A DNA stretch of 55,073 nt, filler included, from Blastocystis sp. subtype 4 (Eukaryota): the NCBI RefSeq assembly GCF_000743755.1. It is 2 parts of 2 records of this genome, joined end to end, with 100 filler letters (N's around TTAATTAATTAA, not from the genome) between each part and the next. Parts side by side here need not be neighbours in the genome. Positions count along the whole stretch, not along the records: positions 1 to 27,514 come from NW_014569405.1; 1 more part is not named here. One strand, written 5' to 3'. The position numbers were made by a program, and so were the translations under genes. The notes beneath the pieces are model-generated. The model was not told the DNA's origin. It made no database searches and saw only the letters and a list, made by a program, of their open reading frames with translations. Of this stretch, positions 1 through 12,319 are shown piece by piece (the first letter of the stretch is position 1; each line of letters starts with the position of its first letter).

Positions 1-1902
1 ACTCTTCACAGATCGTACGATGTTCAGCATGGACAAGGAATAATTGTAGAGAACAAGAATACTCTCTATTCCCGCGATTCTATCTATCTCCTGTTTTCTC
101 ACTATCTGTGAACGCAAACTAGAGATTGTTTGTAACAAATAGGATTAGACATGAACAGCTAGGAGTTCATCATCAGAAATCGCTGGAGCAGCCACAGTCC
201 GATGTTTGATTGTCGAATGAACGGATCCCTTTCCACAATCTGTTTCTGGAGAGACTTTATAGCACAATACGGCATCAATAATCAGAATGATCCCAATTAG
301 CTACATATTATACAGCAAGGAACAAATACGTAGAAAGAAAAACCATAGTTAATAGGGAATCGATCAAAATTGGTACTCCATGAGAAAAGCGATGGAACGA
401 AAAAGGGTCCCTACATATCACCCAATTATCCTGACCTAACCAAGAATCGGAACAGTCCGGCAAACATTTGTCCTAGACCCATAGCGGTTGCTCGGAACTC
501 CTTGTATGTACTATTGGAAATCAGAATGATACATATACTAGATGAAACAGAACCTATGTTCCTACTTAAATGCAATACATCGGATAAACACACAAAAAGC
601 GAATGGGAATAAAGTAGCCAGGGATTGAACTATGGCGCTGCTGTTATTGAAATAGGAGGTGAGTGGGCTCAATACAACGATTGCAGCAAATATCAGAACC
701 GAAATGAGGCACTGAATGCGATAAGGCGTCAATTTGGACCATATCGGACAAATTACCACTACAATAAAAAAGAATAACAGTATTACGAGTTCCCACTTGT
801 GTTGTAATTCCAACTGTACTGATCCAGCTCTCAGTAACTGCATCAAGATCAAATCCTCCAAATCTCTTGGGATTCATCAACATTAATGGGTAAATCGTAT
901 CATAGCATGTCTGACTACCTGCAACAAGCCCGTATACAGCGACTGTAAGAAGTAAATCACGATTATGGAGAATAGAAGAATAACCCGAATGTGTATTATA
1001 CTGAAGGAGTAGTTGTTCGTGCGAAGTGAATTCCTTCGATGACGTTTTTCGAAGGATACTACTGAGTTCTCTCTACATCTCATTCGAACCTCCTATCCTG
1101 ACTGTCATTTGAGCCTTAATCTTTTTGGATTCAGCCATTTCTTCCTCTGACAATGTTTCTTCTGCCCAAAATGTGAACATCACCAATACCAAGATGTAAA
1201 GGAGAGCACAAACGGAAAATGGCAGCATATATGGAAGCTGGACATGAATCTTAGTCATACAGAAATACCTCTTTCAGAAACGGAAACAACTTGATGAATG
1301 GTTGAATGGCTTCCTTCTTTGACAAATAACCTCCAAGAAGAGGACCAACAAAGCTATGTTATCAGAATAAATCAAAGTATACCCTCCAACAGCACCACCT
1401 ACAAAGATCATTCCTGTCCCAATAGTGATATTGCTGTCTGTACACAGATCAGCCATGATCGTTTTTGAAACGCCGAGTCCACCATCGATAAGACCATGCA
1501 ATAATCGAATGACGAGACTAACATAATAGTTCTTTGACAGTCCCAAGGAAAACAGACAAACAACATTACCTACTCTAATAATTCATTTCCGAAACCAACC
1601 GATCGAAGTAACAATCATTGTGGTTCGTCGTCCATAACAATCTGCAAACCATCCCCAGAAAACAGAACCAGGTACCTGGCCAAGGAAGAAAAGTGAAACA
1701 AGGTATCCAGCATAGTATCCAACATCGGCACTAGGAATCTAGAATCAACAAAAAGGATCAGTACTACATCAGGAAAATAAGTCTTTATCAGAAACGGGAA
1801 ATTGGGTTGCAAAAGTTGAGTATACATATTCAAGGAAAGGATTGCCATTGTAGCTGATATCAATGTTGGCCAATGAATTCCCTTCTCTACATCAATAGTC
1901 AT
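1..1902 (-). CDS. MFS transporter (ZIFL/DHA1-like), multi-exon, runs off the left edge
   Basis: Hydrophobic exons joined by ~30-nt GT-AG introns. MFS motif A-like WGWFADCYGRR near 1625-1660 and RLLHGLIDGGLGVSKTIMADLC (TM4-5). 3' end not seen. Confidence 0.8.
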
Positions 1903-2100
1903 ATCTGTGAACTGATTATTACTAAGAATTGTGTTCCTCTCTCCAAATAACTTTACTATCGTTATTGGATCCGTAGAAGCCTATTTCCATACATCAACTC
2001 CATATCTAAAGTATCTTACAGGAGAATCACCGTTTTTCGAAAGAGTTCTTGAGTATTAAGGAATCACTGGTCGTACAAACAAACAATTAAGGATACACAA

Positions 2101-3710
2101 TTATGCAAATTCTCCTGGTGCTTCCTTCTTCAATACTTCATCATGCTCATCGGGGTCACCTTCTTCAGGCTTCTCCATCTTCACACGATCAGGTGTCTTT
2201 GGATTCACTGAACTCTCAATCTGCAATCCAGGAACAGCTTCCAGTGTCTGGAGCTGGTGAAGTAATTTCTGAAGATGTTCATCAAGGTAAGCTTGGGTAT
2301 TCATATTCTCCATATTACTAATCATCACATCATCTCATAGAATCTACCTAGGAGTAATCTGTAGTGAATAATCTGGTCCAAAATACTCCAAATAATCGGT
2401 AAACGGTAATTCATTCTACATGGTATTCTCTCCTCTGATATATACCTTGATTTCCTTTCCAAGGATAATCGAAGTCTCATAAGTCCAACATCTATTCGTC
2501 ACATTCTCATCTCATACTCACCTTGAGACATTACGCACCGTGTAACCACCTCCTCCTAAAACCAATGTAGGGACATTAAATGAACGAACAAAGTTGACAC
2601 ATTCAGCATGACCTAACGATCAACTCTTATCTCCACATATACCTTTCAACGAGAGATTGAAGCAACCAAGACGGTCTCCGGAGAGAGAATCCGCCCCACA
2701 TTGAAGAACAATAGCCTCAGGTTGATATCTCTCCATAACCTTAGCGATAACAGGTTTAAAGATGGCGACGAAGCTCGTATCATCAATACCAGCACGTAGA
2801 GGGAAGTTCAATGAATAACCCTTTCCTTCGCCATATCCAATATCCTATGTATAATGATAGAGGGAAGCAAGAACAGAAACATCTCCAGTACCAGGGAAGA
2901 AATCACCGAATTTGTGGAAAGAAACGGTCATGACCCGATTGGTGGTGTAAAAGGCCTCCTCGACACCATCACCATGATGAATGTCGATATCAATGTACAA
3001 TACACGTGTGTACTTTCTAAATGTTACGAACAACGAAAAACAAACTTAAGCAACTCTAAGATAGCCAAGACGATATCGTTCACATAGCAGAAACCAGATG
3101 CTTCTGATTTCTTGGCGTGATGCAAACCTCCTGACCAATTGACAACAATATCCGATATACCTTCATTGAGACGACATGCACCACCAATAGATCCAGAGCA
3201 ATACGAACGAATATAATCGAATAATCCATCAAATACTGGACTATCATCTCCTACATTGACTAACAATCATTCCGTTTGGGTAGAAATACATTGAATTTGT
3301 TGTTTAATCATGCTCGAAGCATTGTCTGGGTTAATTACACGTAGGAAGTTGACATAGTCGTCAGAATGAAAGCGCATAATGTCCTTGTAGTCAATCAATG
3401 TTGGTTTCTATTTCAAAGTCCATTCCTCAAAACCTACAAACATCTCCATTTCTTTGCAAATGTCATAGGCGACAAGAAGATGATGGACAATTCTTACACG
3501 GTGAGGCTATACATGAAAATACACGGCCTCTACACACTTTCCAACAGTAATGTTTTCCATAGTTGTAGTTTCCAATCTCTGCTATTGATTAACGATATGC
3601 AACTTCTTTATACGATCGTAGTAATAAGCGATTCTTCGCTTTTGAGCGTCTGATGTGCCGTCAGCTACTCGATTTCCATTCAATATATCTTCACCTGCAG
3701 CTAGATCCAT
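2101..3710 (-). CDS. Class I histone deacetylase (RPD3/HDAC1-like), multi-exon
   Basis: Motifs [56 protein letters not shown] and GGGGYT. The ATG at 3710 is inferred; stop TAA at 2103-2101. Confidence 0.95.
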
Positions 3711-3868
3711 CTTCTTCTCTCTTTGGTAATTGATGGGCTCTGTGTGCAAAACATAAGCATTCAAAACTCCAGGAGTTTCAATCACAGGAGTTTCAATGAA
3801 GTAGGCTTCGCTCTCACCAGAACAAACAACTCATAATTACACAAAAAGTTTACAAAGACAGGACAAAA

Positions 3869-4683
3869 TCAATTTGACGGCGATGTTTTCGCACGATTTG
3901 TTTGTTCTGCCCGTCCAACAACCCATGTAACACCCGTTTTAATACCTTCGCTAACAGTCAAGAACAGAAATACATCAATACCATGTTAGTGCACTTGTAC
4001 CTTGGAAACGGAAAGCATGTTTATGTTTGTGTTCCGAAATCACACTCCCAAGAATATTCCGAATCACTTCAGGTTCCACAGCTTCCTACTTGTTACTGCT
4101 TCCACCAGCAAGTACAGCCAAATCCTGTTTATTGGCACAAATCAGAATAGGAAGATCTTCTAAATCGGTGTTTGATGCCAAATCTCCTATAAATAAAAGA
4201 ACCACAAAACACAAACGCAATTCATCCTTCACTTCTTTAAACCGATCGGGATCACTACTGTCGATTAGGAAAATCACTCCGTGACAATCACGATAGTACT
4301 TGCTCCACATGGAACGCATGGATTTCTGAACTTCAAGGATCAATAGAAATCGTACATGACCTCCTACATCCCAAATCACAACACGGACATCCTCAATCTC
4401 GATGGTTGCCACTATCTCTAACAGAGACGAACAAAAGATACCATTAAGACCCACTGTGGGAGGAATACGATCTAATGCTTTCACTGGTGTCTTTGAGAAA
4501 ACTCCTTTCATTTGTTCAAGAAACGTCTACTCATTATTGAACCAACCCATTCTATACGGTCTTTCCCGCATTATCTAGTCCGACAATTAGAAGGAAGACT
4601 TCCTTCTTACTGTTGTACCATCGACAGAAGCCAGAAATGAGTGAAAACTGTGTGTTACAATATCATAATAAAGTTCATACCAT
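3869..4683 (-). CDS. ARFRP1: ARF-related protein 1 (ARFRP1/yeast Arl3) GTPase
   Basis: Spliced protein starts [31 protein letters not shown] and contains PTVGLN, WDVGG and ANKQD. No myristoylation Gly2 and an aromatic residue at position 2, typical of ARFRP1. TGTTTGTT lies downstream at 3828-3821. Confidence 0.85.
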
Positions 4684-4773
4684 AGTTTCTTCCTAGCTGT
4701 TTTTCGTTACTGATAATTCAAGCTGTACCTGCCAGGAGTTGTAAATTCCCGTGAAATCCGTTCCCTTTGGATA

Positions 4774-6311
4774 ATGGAAAAGATAACTCACTTCACGAAA
4801 CTGAGCACGGTCAAAATCCATAGAAGAATTGTGAATACCTACATTGAATAGTTACATCAGGATGAGGATCCACTCAATGTTTCCTAGTTGAATTATTACA
4901 TGTCTTCTTAGGTAGTTTACAGATTATCTCATCCATATTCTATCCGATTACTAAATAGCAAAGTGCTCGGGGTTTTATTGATTCTTGACCATCCAAACAT
5001 AGGATTTCCGATTAGTCCATTGCAGATCCAATTAAGAATCCTCTTCCTGCTTCTTTGTCTTTGACTAATCCAGATAATGTCGGATATCTGTGTTCCTTTT
5101 GGTAGGATATGGAACAGAGGAAAGCTGATCAGTAGTAGTAACAAATCCAGATTATACAATTCCGTTAGATGAAGAATCCGAAACACATCGAGAATCCAAG
5201 TTTAGACCGTTTTCTGAGTTCATTGATCGCTATGTTTTGGATAGGGAGATTGCACAGTTGGATATTTCGGTTCCACAATCATGATTCTAGGACTCCTTAT
5301 GCCAAAATCATCTCTATCTATGATCGTTTCACTGGTGAAAACCTTTGTGCCAAAGTGATTACAAAGCAGTTTTGCAACCCAAGTGGTATTCTGGTATTAG
5401 ATCCAGACCTTCTTACCTCCATTCGACATAAGAATATTATTGAGTATCGTGAAATCTACGAAAGCGATGAAGAAATCATTGTTACGATTGAACGGTATTG
5501 CTTTAAGAGTGAATTCATCTTCAGAGCTCGTGGAGGGGAACTTCTGGATCGGATCGTTGCAAAGAATGCATATAATGAAATTGATGCCAGTCGAATCGTG
5601 AAACAAATACTCGAAGCTGTAGCCTATCTTCATTCTAAACGAATTGTAAGTTTTTTTGCTTTCTGTTATCATTAGATTCATCGAGATATTAAACCCGAGA
5701 ATATTCTTCTTCCTGAAGAAGGAAATGTAGTTGAGATTGAGATTGTTAACTGTAGGATACTTACATCAAACTGAGTGATTTTGGTCTCTCAAAATTAATT
5801 GAGGGAGATGATGAATTACCAGTTGGCAGTCCTCGTCCTCGAACCTTCTCGATGGTGGGTTCAGATTACTATACAGCGCCTGAGGTGTATCGTCGACGAG
5901 GATATGATTACAAAGTGGATATCTTCAGCATTGGCATTGTGACATTCACATTGTTGGGATATTGTTACTCTATGATTTGTAGATTGTGTGGTTATAATCC
6001 TTATTGTGGTCCTTCTGGAGTCTGTTTTCAACCTGAAGGGTTGGTATTAGAAGATCCATATTGGACAAATATCTCAAATGCAGGTAGAAATTATTGGCGT
6101 TGATCACTCGCAGCCAAGGACTTTGTGAAAGGTGTACTTCAGGCTGATCCTGAGAAGCGACCTTCTGCTGTCGAGTGTCTACAACATCCATGGATTGTGG
6201 TAGTAGTGAGAGATGGATGTGATGTCATAGAATCCAGAGAACCATGTCATTGATGTCAATGAGCCTTTCCGTGAGAATATGACTCGAAGTCGTCGATTGA
6301 GTACATTTTAG
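4774..6311 (+). CDS. CAMK-group Ser/Thr protein kinase, multi-exon
   Basis: ARGGELLDRIV, HRDIKPEN, DFG, GSDYYTAPE and DIFSIG. Start inferred by splicing; stop TAG at 6309-6311. Confidence 0.88.
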
Positions 6312-6352
6312 TCTTTTAGGGTGTGAAGTGTATGTTTCCAAGAGCATCTCTT

Positions 6353-6360
6353 AACAAACA
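6353..6360 (-). terminator. Blastocystis-type polyadenylation element TGTTTGTT
   Basis: Sense strand reads CTA T|GAAA|TGTTTGTT at the end of the phosphatase gene. Confidence 0.85.
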
Positions 6361-6362
6361 TT

Positions 6363-7440
6363 TCATAGGAAGTATTCTGGAAGATCTACTTTATCAGGGA
6401 CTTTCCGTTTCGATGCCTCAGCTGCTAAAAACACCTACATGTTACCATCTCCACGAATCCCAACCAAAAACTCATAATCACCATTCTCCTTAATCTGCAT
6501 TATTGATGCCTTATTACCACATCGGTAACAATAGTTGGGAGCCGACCATACAGTAATGATATTATCGTCAAACATTCGCTTATATCCTTCCATTGCTAAC
6601 TGGTGAGCACGAACGATACAACGAAGATTGTTTGCCCTATTGAACTATCCATCATTCAACCGATCCAACCACTACACTCAGTACTTGGTCCATTCCAAAG
6701 AGACAACCAGCACCGCGTGGAGACTCATTCCAGCCTTCCCATCCAGGTCGATCTTCGGGATCACTCCACAGAAGATCACACATTGCACCATCATGTGGAA
6801 CTTCCTGGAATCGATCTAATGAAGAGATCTGTATCATGAATAAGGGCAGATTCTTACTTGATCAAGAGAAGATATCAGAGGAGATAATCCACCGTGAAGG
6901 CAGAGAATCGAATTGTCAATAAGCGCACCAATAGGCAAATAATCGAAAAGATCCGTAATCATCACCCACGCTTCGGAAGATTGAAATTTCCTCAAACATT
7001 CCTCATAGAATCCATAGACCTGAGTTGTTTGCCTACTTTCGTGATTCCCACGAAGTAGATTAATCCGATCGGGATATCGGATCTTTAAGACTATTACAAG
7101 CATTACCGTCTCCAAACTAAAGTATCCCCGATCCACAAAATCTCCTAGAAAGAGATAATTGGTATCAGGACAATCTCCTCCAACTTCGAAGAGTTTCAGA
7201 AGATCATAGAACTGTCCGTGGATATCTCCACAAACCTACAGTAAAAGAAAGCTCAAAAGGTACTGTGATGGGAGTCTTCATATGAAGAATGTTGCTTTGC
7301 TCTATAAACAGATCTTTTGCTCGTGTACAGATTTCTCGTATCTCTTCTATCGATAGTCTTTCGCATTTCTTCAGCTACAAGTGACACGACTCTAAATCAC
7401 TCACTCGAGAAAGGATGTCATCTATGTTGAAGTCTGACAT
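6363..7440 (-). CDS. PP2A-family Ser/Thr phosphatase catalytic subunit, most like PP4
   Basis: [48 protein letters not shown] and C-terminal PEYFL. Confidence 0.92.
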
Positions 7441-7714
7441 TCCACTACGGATTTCGGTGAAATTATAAGATAACTATATTATTAAAGAATTGGGATCCCA
7501 ATGAATGATCAAACATACAAACCAACTGATTTCTTATCTAAATAGATTTCAAGAATACCAATCACAACAATGACTAGTACAACGATATGTTGGATAACAA
7601 ATGAATGTACTATTATATAGTAGTTGCACTCTCACACATTATAACAACATGAAGTAGTGAGTAGTGGATCTCCGTTCCAATATGAAAGCCTCTTAATTAT
7701 TTAACAAACAAGAG

Positions 7715-8555
7715 CTATTTCTTCCTTGGAAGAGTCTTCTTTCTTCGAATTGATATAATAGCAAAAAGAAGAATAACAACTAGTAACACAATGAGAAGGC
7801 CTCCAGCGATATAAGCAACAATAAGTAACAAATTGGTACCCTCATTTTCAAGTAACAGAGTTGAACACCCAGAATCTGACTTTCTTACAAGCAAAAACGT
7901 ATCTTCTAAACCAGAAAAGTAAGCAGTTTCATCCGAAATACGCAGTTCAACATCACCTTTCATTCCAATTCTACCTGTATACATTTCTGCCATGGATATC
8001 CCAAATATGGCACACTTTACATAACTACGAATCAGCATCAATTATTACCTCTACTCGAGATCATACTCAACCCAGGGTTCCAAAGGTTCTTCACAATCCA
8101 TCAGATTGAGTTCATATTGAGAAAATGAAAGAATTACCTTCAGAATCGTTGCCTCATACTTATTGGCCACAGCTGTTGCTTTTAGTGATGCAATATAACT
8201 TCCACGCGTTAGCGCCTCACCAGAACAGTCATTACTTAAGTAAGTGTCCACAGATAGCTGATAATAGTCAGGCGTTTCTGAAGTAGTTGTGTATACATTA
8301 ACAATACCTATTAGAGCTAGATAATGAAATAGGATTGACTATCTCACCTGATCCTTGATAATCCACACAGGCTGATTCAAATACCCCACATTCTATGTGT
8401 TATTTTTTCCGTTCAATGTTACGTTTTCCAGAAGATGCTAAGGTTTCTGATTGGAAATTCACAGAATTGCGGAAATGTGGAATGGTACCATTCGTCAACA
8501 GTGAGCATGCTATAGTAGCAAGCGACTGGAATAGCAAGAACGATATCAGGAACAT
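7715..8555 (-). CDS. Hypothetical type I membrane protein (signal peptide, Cys-containing ectodomain, C-terminal TM, basic tail)
   Basis: N-terminal MFLISFLLFQSLATIACS; TM LLLIVAYIAGGLLIVLLVVILLFAIISI followed by RRKK. The stop is followed by CTCT-TGTTTGTT (7710-7703). Confidence 0.65.
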
Positions 8556-8907
8556 TTCATTAAGCAACTCTCTATGGCCATTTTGTTGCATATGATTGTA
8601 CTTTAGTCTGAAAGCTATTCGGTACCTTGTTTATTCTCTCATTCAAGATGACCTGTGTACTCCATAATACGACTAGTAATACAAAGAACGATCCACATAA
8701 ACACTAAATCTTGGTGAACTAATTCAAATCTTTAGAGGAATACGGTGATCATTATCTGTACAGCCTTTCATAACGACCATAGATCATCATCCTAACTCCG
8801 GATAATAAAAGAAACATCTGTATTCATAAAAGGGAAACAAAACGTCTTCCGAAGAAATCCCCACGGTTCCTGCTATTTGTGCAGTTGCTATTTCAAAACT
8901 TCTTTCA

Positions 8908-10062
8908 ATGATCATAGTCTTTGTCTTTGATCAGTACGACGACAACAACAATGGTACAACCGTATCAATGAGACGCTTTGTTGAACAACTCCGAATTAAG
9001 GGACATGAAGTACGGGTACTGTCTACAGGAAAGGAAGAACCGTACAAGTACAACTGTCCTGCTTGGCGTGGTGGATTTGGCTTAGGTTGGGCCTATAAGA
9101 TTATTACTTCTCAAGGCATGGTATTTGGGTATGGGGATGAGGAGGTGATAAGGAGAGCATTTACAGGAGCAGATGTTGTCCATTTTATTGTTCCTTTTGG
9201 CATTGCTCTTCGTGCTATAAAAGTCGCTCAAGAAATGAAGGTTCCGTATACGGCAGCATTCCATACGCAACCTGAGAACATTTTGTATACTATCCACTGT
9301 GAACGTGTCTGTGGGCTTAAGGATTTTGTCTATCACTTATTTTACAGACACTTCTATAAGAAGACTCGCTTTATTCATTGTCCAACTGAGTTTATTGCTT
9401 CCGAATTACGTCGTACTGGTTATGAAAACGATCTGCGTGTTGCTTCCAATGGTGTTCATCATATGTTTGTACCTACTAAGGTGGAACGATACCCAGAATT
9501 TGTGGGAAAGAAGATCATTCTTTCAGTAGGGCGTTACTCTCGAGAGAAGCGACATGATGTGGCTATTCGAGCCTGTGCACAGTCTAAGTATGCTCATGAT
9601 ATTATATTGATTCTGGCTGGTAAAGGAGTGATGGAGAAGACACATCGTGAACTAGCTGCCAAGCTTGGAGTTCATGTGGTGTGGGGTATCTATACACCTG
9701 AAGAGCTGGTCCGTATTATTAATATGGCAGATCTGTATGTGCATCCTGCTGATGCTGAAATTGAAGCTATTGCTTGTATGGAAGCATTCACTTGTGGAAT
9801 TGTCCCTGTGATTTCAAATCATCCCAAGTCAGCAACGAAAATGTTTGCACTGGATGATCGATGTCTATTTGATCACGGAAAACCAGAAGCTCTGGCAGCT
9901 AAAATGGATTATTGGCTTGATAATCCTGAGGAAAAGGATCAGATGAGCAAACAATACATTGAATATGCCAAGGAATTCCGTATTGAAAACTCCGTTGCCA
10001 AACTAGAAACCATGTTCCATGATGCAATTGACTATTATCGCAATTATTATGCCTCTGCATAA
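8908..10062 (+). CDS. GT4 glycosyltransferase, cholesterol alpha-glucosyltransferase-like (Helicobacter HP0421/CGT family), intronless
   Basis: Colinear with the recalled HP0421 sequence: NGT, AFxGAD, FHxQPE, HCP, VGRYSxEK, EAIACxEAxxxGIVPVI, SATxxFALDxRxLF. Confidence 0.85.
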   Translation: MIIVFVFDQYDDNNNGTTVSMRRFVEQLRIKGHEVRVLSTGKEEPYKYNCPAWRGGFGLGWAYKIITSQGMVFGYGDEEVIRRAFTGADVVHFIVPFGIALRAIKVAQEMKVPYTAAFHTQPENILYTIHCERVCGLKDFVYHLFYRHFYKKTRFIHCPTEFIASELRRTGYENDLRVASNGVHHMFVPTKVERYPEFVGKKIILSVGRYSREKRHDVAIRACAQSKYAHDIILILAGKGVMEKTHRELAAKLGVHVVWGIYTPEELVRIINMADLYVHPADAEIEAIACMEAFTCGIVPVISNHPKSATKMFALDDRCLFDHGKPEALAAKMDYWLDNPEEKDQMSKQYIEYAKEFRIENSVAKLETMFHDAIDYYRNYYASA

Positions 10063-10101
10063 AGTATTCTTTAGTTGATCAAGTTGTTTGTAAGAAACAT
10101 T

Positions 10102-11340
10102 CTAGAAAAGATCTCCGATGTCGAGCTCATCCTCAAATGAAGTTACAAATGATACAGTTGGAGCAGATCGTTCCACCCGCTTTTCTTGCTTACCCAAACT
10201 AACTCGCTGATCAGATTGTTCACGACCATACAGAAACTCGGGATTCTTCAACTCTATTCATTATTTCCTTTGTTTATTGCTACTTCGCACACAGCAGCGC
10301 AATTCCTCCATACAATCGTCATCTACATGCCCCAACCCACATGCAGCCTTCTCTAGATGATCTCTCGATACTTCATCACTAATCCATTCGGGAGAGATCG
10401 GAGTACGAAACATCCAGTAATGACTAATCATCACACTCTCAGCTCAATCTAACCAGTCACGTTGTGCTTCACGCCAAGCATTCAATTTCTTCATCCAATG
10501 CAAAACAGGATAATTCTCTTGATGAACAATAGCTACCAACCTTCTGATATCAAAGTGAGATGCCATCTACTTCACATGTTCTCATAACACCTACAACCGA
10601 AAGGTAATACAATAAGCAGGATCCAATTCCAAGGCCATGATACTTATCCAAGACAATTGCTGCCCACTCTGCCACCTCCGGAGTCTCATTGTCTTCAATA
10701 AAACGTGCTGTTGCCACTCCTTTCCATTGACCTTCTTCATATACAAAAGCAGCTATAGCAAAATGTGTATCGTAATCGATCGATGTAAAATAGTTTAACA
10801 TGTTTTCTTTTACACTGATTGTTACAGTATTAAAACGCATCGAGAGGGAATGCTGACTAACCTCACCAGATTTTAACACTACAATCAACCTCCTTCCTCA
10901 TTCTTACCCTCTCTCATTCGTTCAATATCACTAGGAAGAATAGGTCTAATAAATACTTTCTGGCCGTTTCTTAGATGGAGTCTAATTCTTTACAAGAGAA
11001 TAACTCGCCCTACGATGCACAAAATGTACTTAAAGCATATACAAATTCTTCTTCAATCAACGTCGTAGACACCGATTCACACGAAAGAGATTGAGAAGAA
11101 ATCAAACACTGTTTATAGGATTGTAATGCACTATACAACGTCGTATGACTATTACGAGTAATAGGTGAATGAACTACAGGGTTATACACACGAAAGAACC
11201 AAACCCTTCTTTGGAGATCTTACAGGTTTAGCAGACAAGATATCTTCTCTGCTTGATGCGCCACGAATATTTCTTGGCTGGACCTTCAATCCAGTTGCAG
11301 ACTGTATAAAGTCCATAACGGTTCGAGCGAATGAATACAT
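10102..11340 (-). CDS. GNAT acetyltransferase (bacterial Pat/PatZ GNAT-domain-like), multi-exon
   Basis: Spliced LRNGQKVFIRPILPSD...SLSMRF...FTSIDYDTHFAIAA...VAEWAAIVLDKYHGLGIGSCLL, including the acetyl-CoA-binding xxGxGxG motif. Confidence 0.75.
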
Positions 11341-11595
11341 GGTCGAAATGGAATGAAAGGTCTCGTTTTCCTTAATTATAGCACTTCTACGTAAAGGATT
11401 ATGATGGTTGAAAACGGCGGTGAATCGAATATCGTTTATCTCACTTCAATTCATAGAGAAGAGAAGGAAAAACAGGATTTTAACCTTTAAGGATACGAAG
11501 AATGCAAACAAACACAATTCAAAAGCTCATTGTATCATACTCATTACACTTTATTCATCTCAATCCCATCATCTAACGCATAAATCATAGGATCA

Positions 11596-12270
11596 TTAGG
11601 TACGATCTTCATTTGTATTTACACGCTGATATCCTTTCCGTTCATTAAAGAAATTCAACAATCGATTTTTCCATTTCTTTGTCCTTTCACTAATCGAACT
11701 AGATGATGTATTATGATTGGTGTTTGAAACTGGGGGACTATATATCTGATCATTTGTAACTAAATGTAAAGAGTTCAATCGAAAGATACTTGAACGCAGC
11801 AAATCATTCGAAGCTTGTTCATCAAACTCATTTTGTAATTGCTACACATATCATCTATTCAACAGATATTACTCTGGCAAGTTGTTCATCATCCATAATC
11901 GAACTTGATTTGAACTAGAAATCATAAACTATAATAAAACTTACAACTAAAAAATCACCTGGAAGCCGTGTCTTCCACTGCTTGTGAAGATCGATCCCGT
12001 ATTGCCTTTCTAGCATATCAATCTCATTTGTATTTGCTGTAGATCTTATTCTAACGCATTCAATTAACAGATACATTCTCGTTGGTAATGGTTGTCCTTC
12101 ATTCAAAGAAATTAAATACGTAACAATATTGTCAATGTTTCCATCTACAATAAGAAATATAAACGAAAACTACTGAAGTGACGAATGCTTGTGAGCAGAA
12201 GTTCGTCATCATATTGAGGGAACATCACTTTCAAGTCATTTAGGATGTCATTAACAGAAACAAATACCAT
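11596..12270 (-). CDS. CUE-domain (ubiquitin-binding) protein
   Basis: N-terminal LNDLKVMFPQYDDELLLTSIRHF|NGNIDNIVTYLI has the CUE MFP motif; later LPGDFL. Confidence 0.7.
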
Positions 12271-12319
12271 TTGCGATCTCCTTAATAAATTAATGTACTT
12301 CATATCTGTGTTCTTTATG

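Noticed and set aside
1051..1059. GTATCCTT U12-like donor in the MFS gene (also at ~2089 and ~11489)
   Set aside because: The first reads through as coding sequence (ELSSILRK); the others lie in UTR or intergenic DNA.
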